NCBI RefSeq assembly: GCF_000150275.1
Contig: NW_002060944.1
Span: 1,412,911 to 1,476,910 of the forward strand
Length of the DNA stretch: 64,000 nucleotides
Direction of reading: 5' to 3'
Source of the DNA: Trichoplax adhaerens
Taxonomy: Eukaryota > Animalia > Placozoa
Shown here one piece after another: positions 60,901 through 64,000 of the stretch (its first letter is position 1; the number at the start of each line of letters is the position of its first letter). Under the pieces are notes generated by a model, which saw nothing but the letters and a program-made list of their open reading frames with translations, searched no databases and was not told where the DNA came from. A program made the translations under genes and the position numbers.

Positions 60901-63900
60901 TACATGATATCTCTACTTACAAGAAGAGCTGTAGGCGTAGATGTTGTGGTATTCTTAAGATCAGAATTGTTGCCTTGAGTTTGATTTTCGACTTCAATAG
61001 CCGCAGACTGAAAATCATTAGATAGTTCATCTGATTGCTTCTCTAGCATGTTAGAACCACTCATATGCTGTCTACTGCCTATGCTTTGGTTGAAGTATGG
61101 TAGAGCTGTACTTGCTCTCGCTGCTCTTATTCCTTTATTAGCTGTCGGAGTTACAGCTGTTGGCTCTAGACCCACAGGATATAATCTTAAACCAATTATG
61201 GGTTTCCTAGTTGTATCATTGAATACCTTACTGTCTTGAAGGATGATAACATAGGTTGTAAGAGCTACCAGGAAAATTATGTAAAGCAGTAGGTTGAAAT
61301 AATATAAATATTGGCCGTATTTTTTCCTAAAGCAATGAAAATTATACCAGGAAAGTATTTACGTGTTAGGTTCATGGCATTTTCTTTATAGATAGGAATT
61401 AGCAATTAATTGTAACTAGTTGGTAATACCATTTGAAGTTGCGTAGTTGAATTGCTAGCTCATGATTTAGTAGATCAATTTGTTTGCTCTTCACCATTGT
61501 CTAAGAATACCAGTATTGATAATTTAATGTAGTGATTACAAGAAAGGAATCATATAGTTGCTTAAATAACTCAACACTTCTAAAGTTATAAGACTTTCTC
61601 TAAAAATATATATGGCGAATCTAATAGCCATGATTACTAATACTGATCATCAATAAATAACAATATCAAGTAACCAGTGCATAGTTTTATCTTTAGCTTT
61701 ATATCATCAATTCAATAAATATTTAATTTAATTTCTACACAGATTATTATAGCCGTAAATGTTATTAAACTAAACGTGCGATTATTCGTTGAAATCTATA
61801 TTTTCCTTTACACGGCATCTGTTCGTAATGTATTCGCGATGTAAAGCTAATATGAATACTCTCACAGCAATATTGTAATTTTCATTAACTCTAAAATATG
61901 TATATTCAGTAAATAGGACTCATAATTTCATGTAGTTAAACTTCCTTTGTCCTCAATTGCAATATAACATAGTATCCTGTCACGGTGCAAATGCACCTTG
62001 AAATGATGGTATAGATTAAATTATCTTCATTTATGCGTATATCATACGTCTTAAAGTATTTAAAGCATCAGGTCTTCATAATTAAGCTAAATTATTTTTT
62101 AAATTTGTATTTTGAACAAGATTTTAATACTGTAAAGTATGTACAGTCTGTAAGCCTGTAATTACCATTAAGGCATTATTTCTATTTTTTCGGCTTGATA
62201 CTTTTTGTCTAGATTCGAATTCTGGGCCTGGATCGATTAACGTAAAATCGTAAAAGATTTCTTTGATCTAGAATTATGATAGCAAATTTGATATTATGTC
62301 TACACGTACGAAACGTATCATATCACACGATATGGAGCAAGTCGTACCTGAGAAGATTCAGAACAATTAGATATAATGGTCTCATTAGATAGATATTGGT
62401 AACTTATACAAGAATCCATTGCAACCTAGAGGACACAGATATTCTGTAGCTTTATTTACTAATTCACTTGTTAAACCCTCTGAACCTGACGTTATCAAAT
62501 GTATTAGCTTCCACATTTTCTTACTTTGGCAGCGTTTGGCAATTTTTCTACCATATGCTGCATGCATGTTAAGCCGTCCTTATGAACGCGTTTTAATAAT
62601 TCTTTGCCCCTGGAATGAGGATCAAATTGTAATTTAATTTCAGGAGAGATTTTAGGAAGAAACAAAGCAAATTTATACAAGTTTAAACGTTTATAATGGC
62701 TTATATAGTAAGATAATTCGATAGTCAGATACGATTAGAATCGAAAAAGGATAGTTCTAAATAATTGAAACTAGTGACGTAGTCTATTGATAATTCTATT
62801 TCTACAGATTCATAGTAAAATATGTCTGTAGCACATAATCATCTTTCAAAAACTTCTTTATAGATCAATACTTTGTATTTTAACCTACTGATTATGGTTA
62901 ATTAGCGTAATTGCCACACTCTCCTGGCAGTTTATTACAGCAACATCTAAACAACTGTAATTTTCTTCGTCAAGACTATCTATTTTGGCACCATGTCTTA
63001 GCAGCTCGATAACAATACCATTATATCCTTTGGCTGCAGCTACGTGCAATAGCGATTGCTTGGTTTATTGGAATAGACGTGAAAAAAATATAAGTTTATG
63101 AAACACCTAGAACACATAGTAATCTCAAATTTACATATTAAATTGTTCTCTGATATATAATTCGGATAGTTCAAGTTTATACACATATGCACTATATAGA
63201 GTGTAATACTTACAGCATTGGCATTTGGAGTGTTGATGGAAACACCATGTTTTAATAATACCTGTACAATTTTAATATAGCCAGCGTTAACTGCAATTTC
63301 TAGAGGCGTCATGTAACTGCAATCTCTAAATAGTACAAAAATCAATAAACCGCAGCTTGAATACTACGTTAGATTATATGCACGCGTACCGTACTTTAAT
63401 TTAACACTGTATGTGTATATTTGCTGTCAAGTACGGTATTTTGGCTTTAACGTATTGCTATTAAATTAATCTGCCTCTCCGGTGTACTCCAAATTATATT
63501 GCACTAATGGCTCAATCCGGGTTTTATACTCGTTCATTTGAACGGGTAATTTACGAAATTAACGCAAAAACTGAACTGTAAACTTTAATTTAGGTTATAT
63601 TTCCAACTTTATGATAACATTCCATGGCTCTAACTTATTATAAGAAAATAATGTAGATTATAGCAATAATAGATTTCAGTATAACTTTACCGTCTTTCGG
63701 CATCGGCTCCATTTTTCAAGCAAAATTGTACAGTTTGTTTATGGCCGCCGACTACAGCAACATGTAAAGGTGTACGAGATTTATCTCCCAAATGATTTAT
63801 TAGTGGCGGCGCCCGTCGACAAATAAATTGTATGATTGGTTGATTTTCAGTTCTGAATCAAAAAATATACGGGGTTAGAGCAGATAGATAATTTTAATAT

Positions 63901-64000
63901 CGAAGCTGCAAGACCAATGAATTTCTCACTTAGCACTCTTTCTATTTTAGGACTGAAATATTTCAATTAAAAGATTGTATGTGAAGATAAAAACAGTTAG
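57938..64000 (-). CDS. TRPA1-like channel, copy 2 (3' part; 5' ankyrin exons beyond the window end)
   Basis: HLGDKSRTPLHVAVVGGH, MTPLEIAVNAG, AMDSC, FYDFTLIDPGP, LLNHELAIQLRNFKW|KKYG, pore MMVGEIEY, MPVTLMNLM|VGLAVGDIDKVRREAGLRL. Same intron positions as copy 1. Stop TAA at 57938. Confidence 0.9.

Noticed and set aside
62884-62892. Apparent premature TAG in TRPA copy 2 (CAG TAG)
   Set aside because: Resolved by a phase-2 donor CA|gtaggt at the same position as the copy 1 intron; the frame is intact.

Overview
AT-rich, compact, intron-dense animal genomic DNA with short GT-AG introns. A placozoan (Trichoplax-like) origin is inferred from style only. Genes in order: 5' end of axonemal dynein DNAH3 (-), FBXW10 (+; head-to-head with DNAH3 around a perfect RFX X-box), full-length tubulin cofactor D TBCD (-), a divergent but intact head-to-head TBCD paralog that keeps only the C-terminal part (+), MAP2K4/MKK4 (+), BRAT1 (-), tRNA-Gly(GCC) (+), MBOAT7 (-) and two tandem TRPA1-like ankyrin-repeat channels (-; the second runs off the window end). 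The most striking non-coding signal is dense clustering of TA-CAG-TA / TA-CTG-TA (and TA-CCG/CGG-TA) words a few hundred bp upstream of start codons. A local ~200-bp duplication in the TBCD promoter differs between copies by four exact 5-bp CAGTA/CTGTA insertions at TA dinucleotides, the canonical Tc1/mariner excision footprint. This suggests promoters are being rebuilt by repeated transposon insertion/excision. Also present: a (CCCTAA)4 telomeric tract inserted into one copy of a 140-bp tandem repeat, and several other short tandem duplications. All gene models were spliced by eye; exon boundaries and homology calls need computational confirmation.
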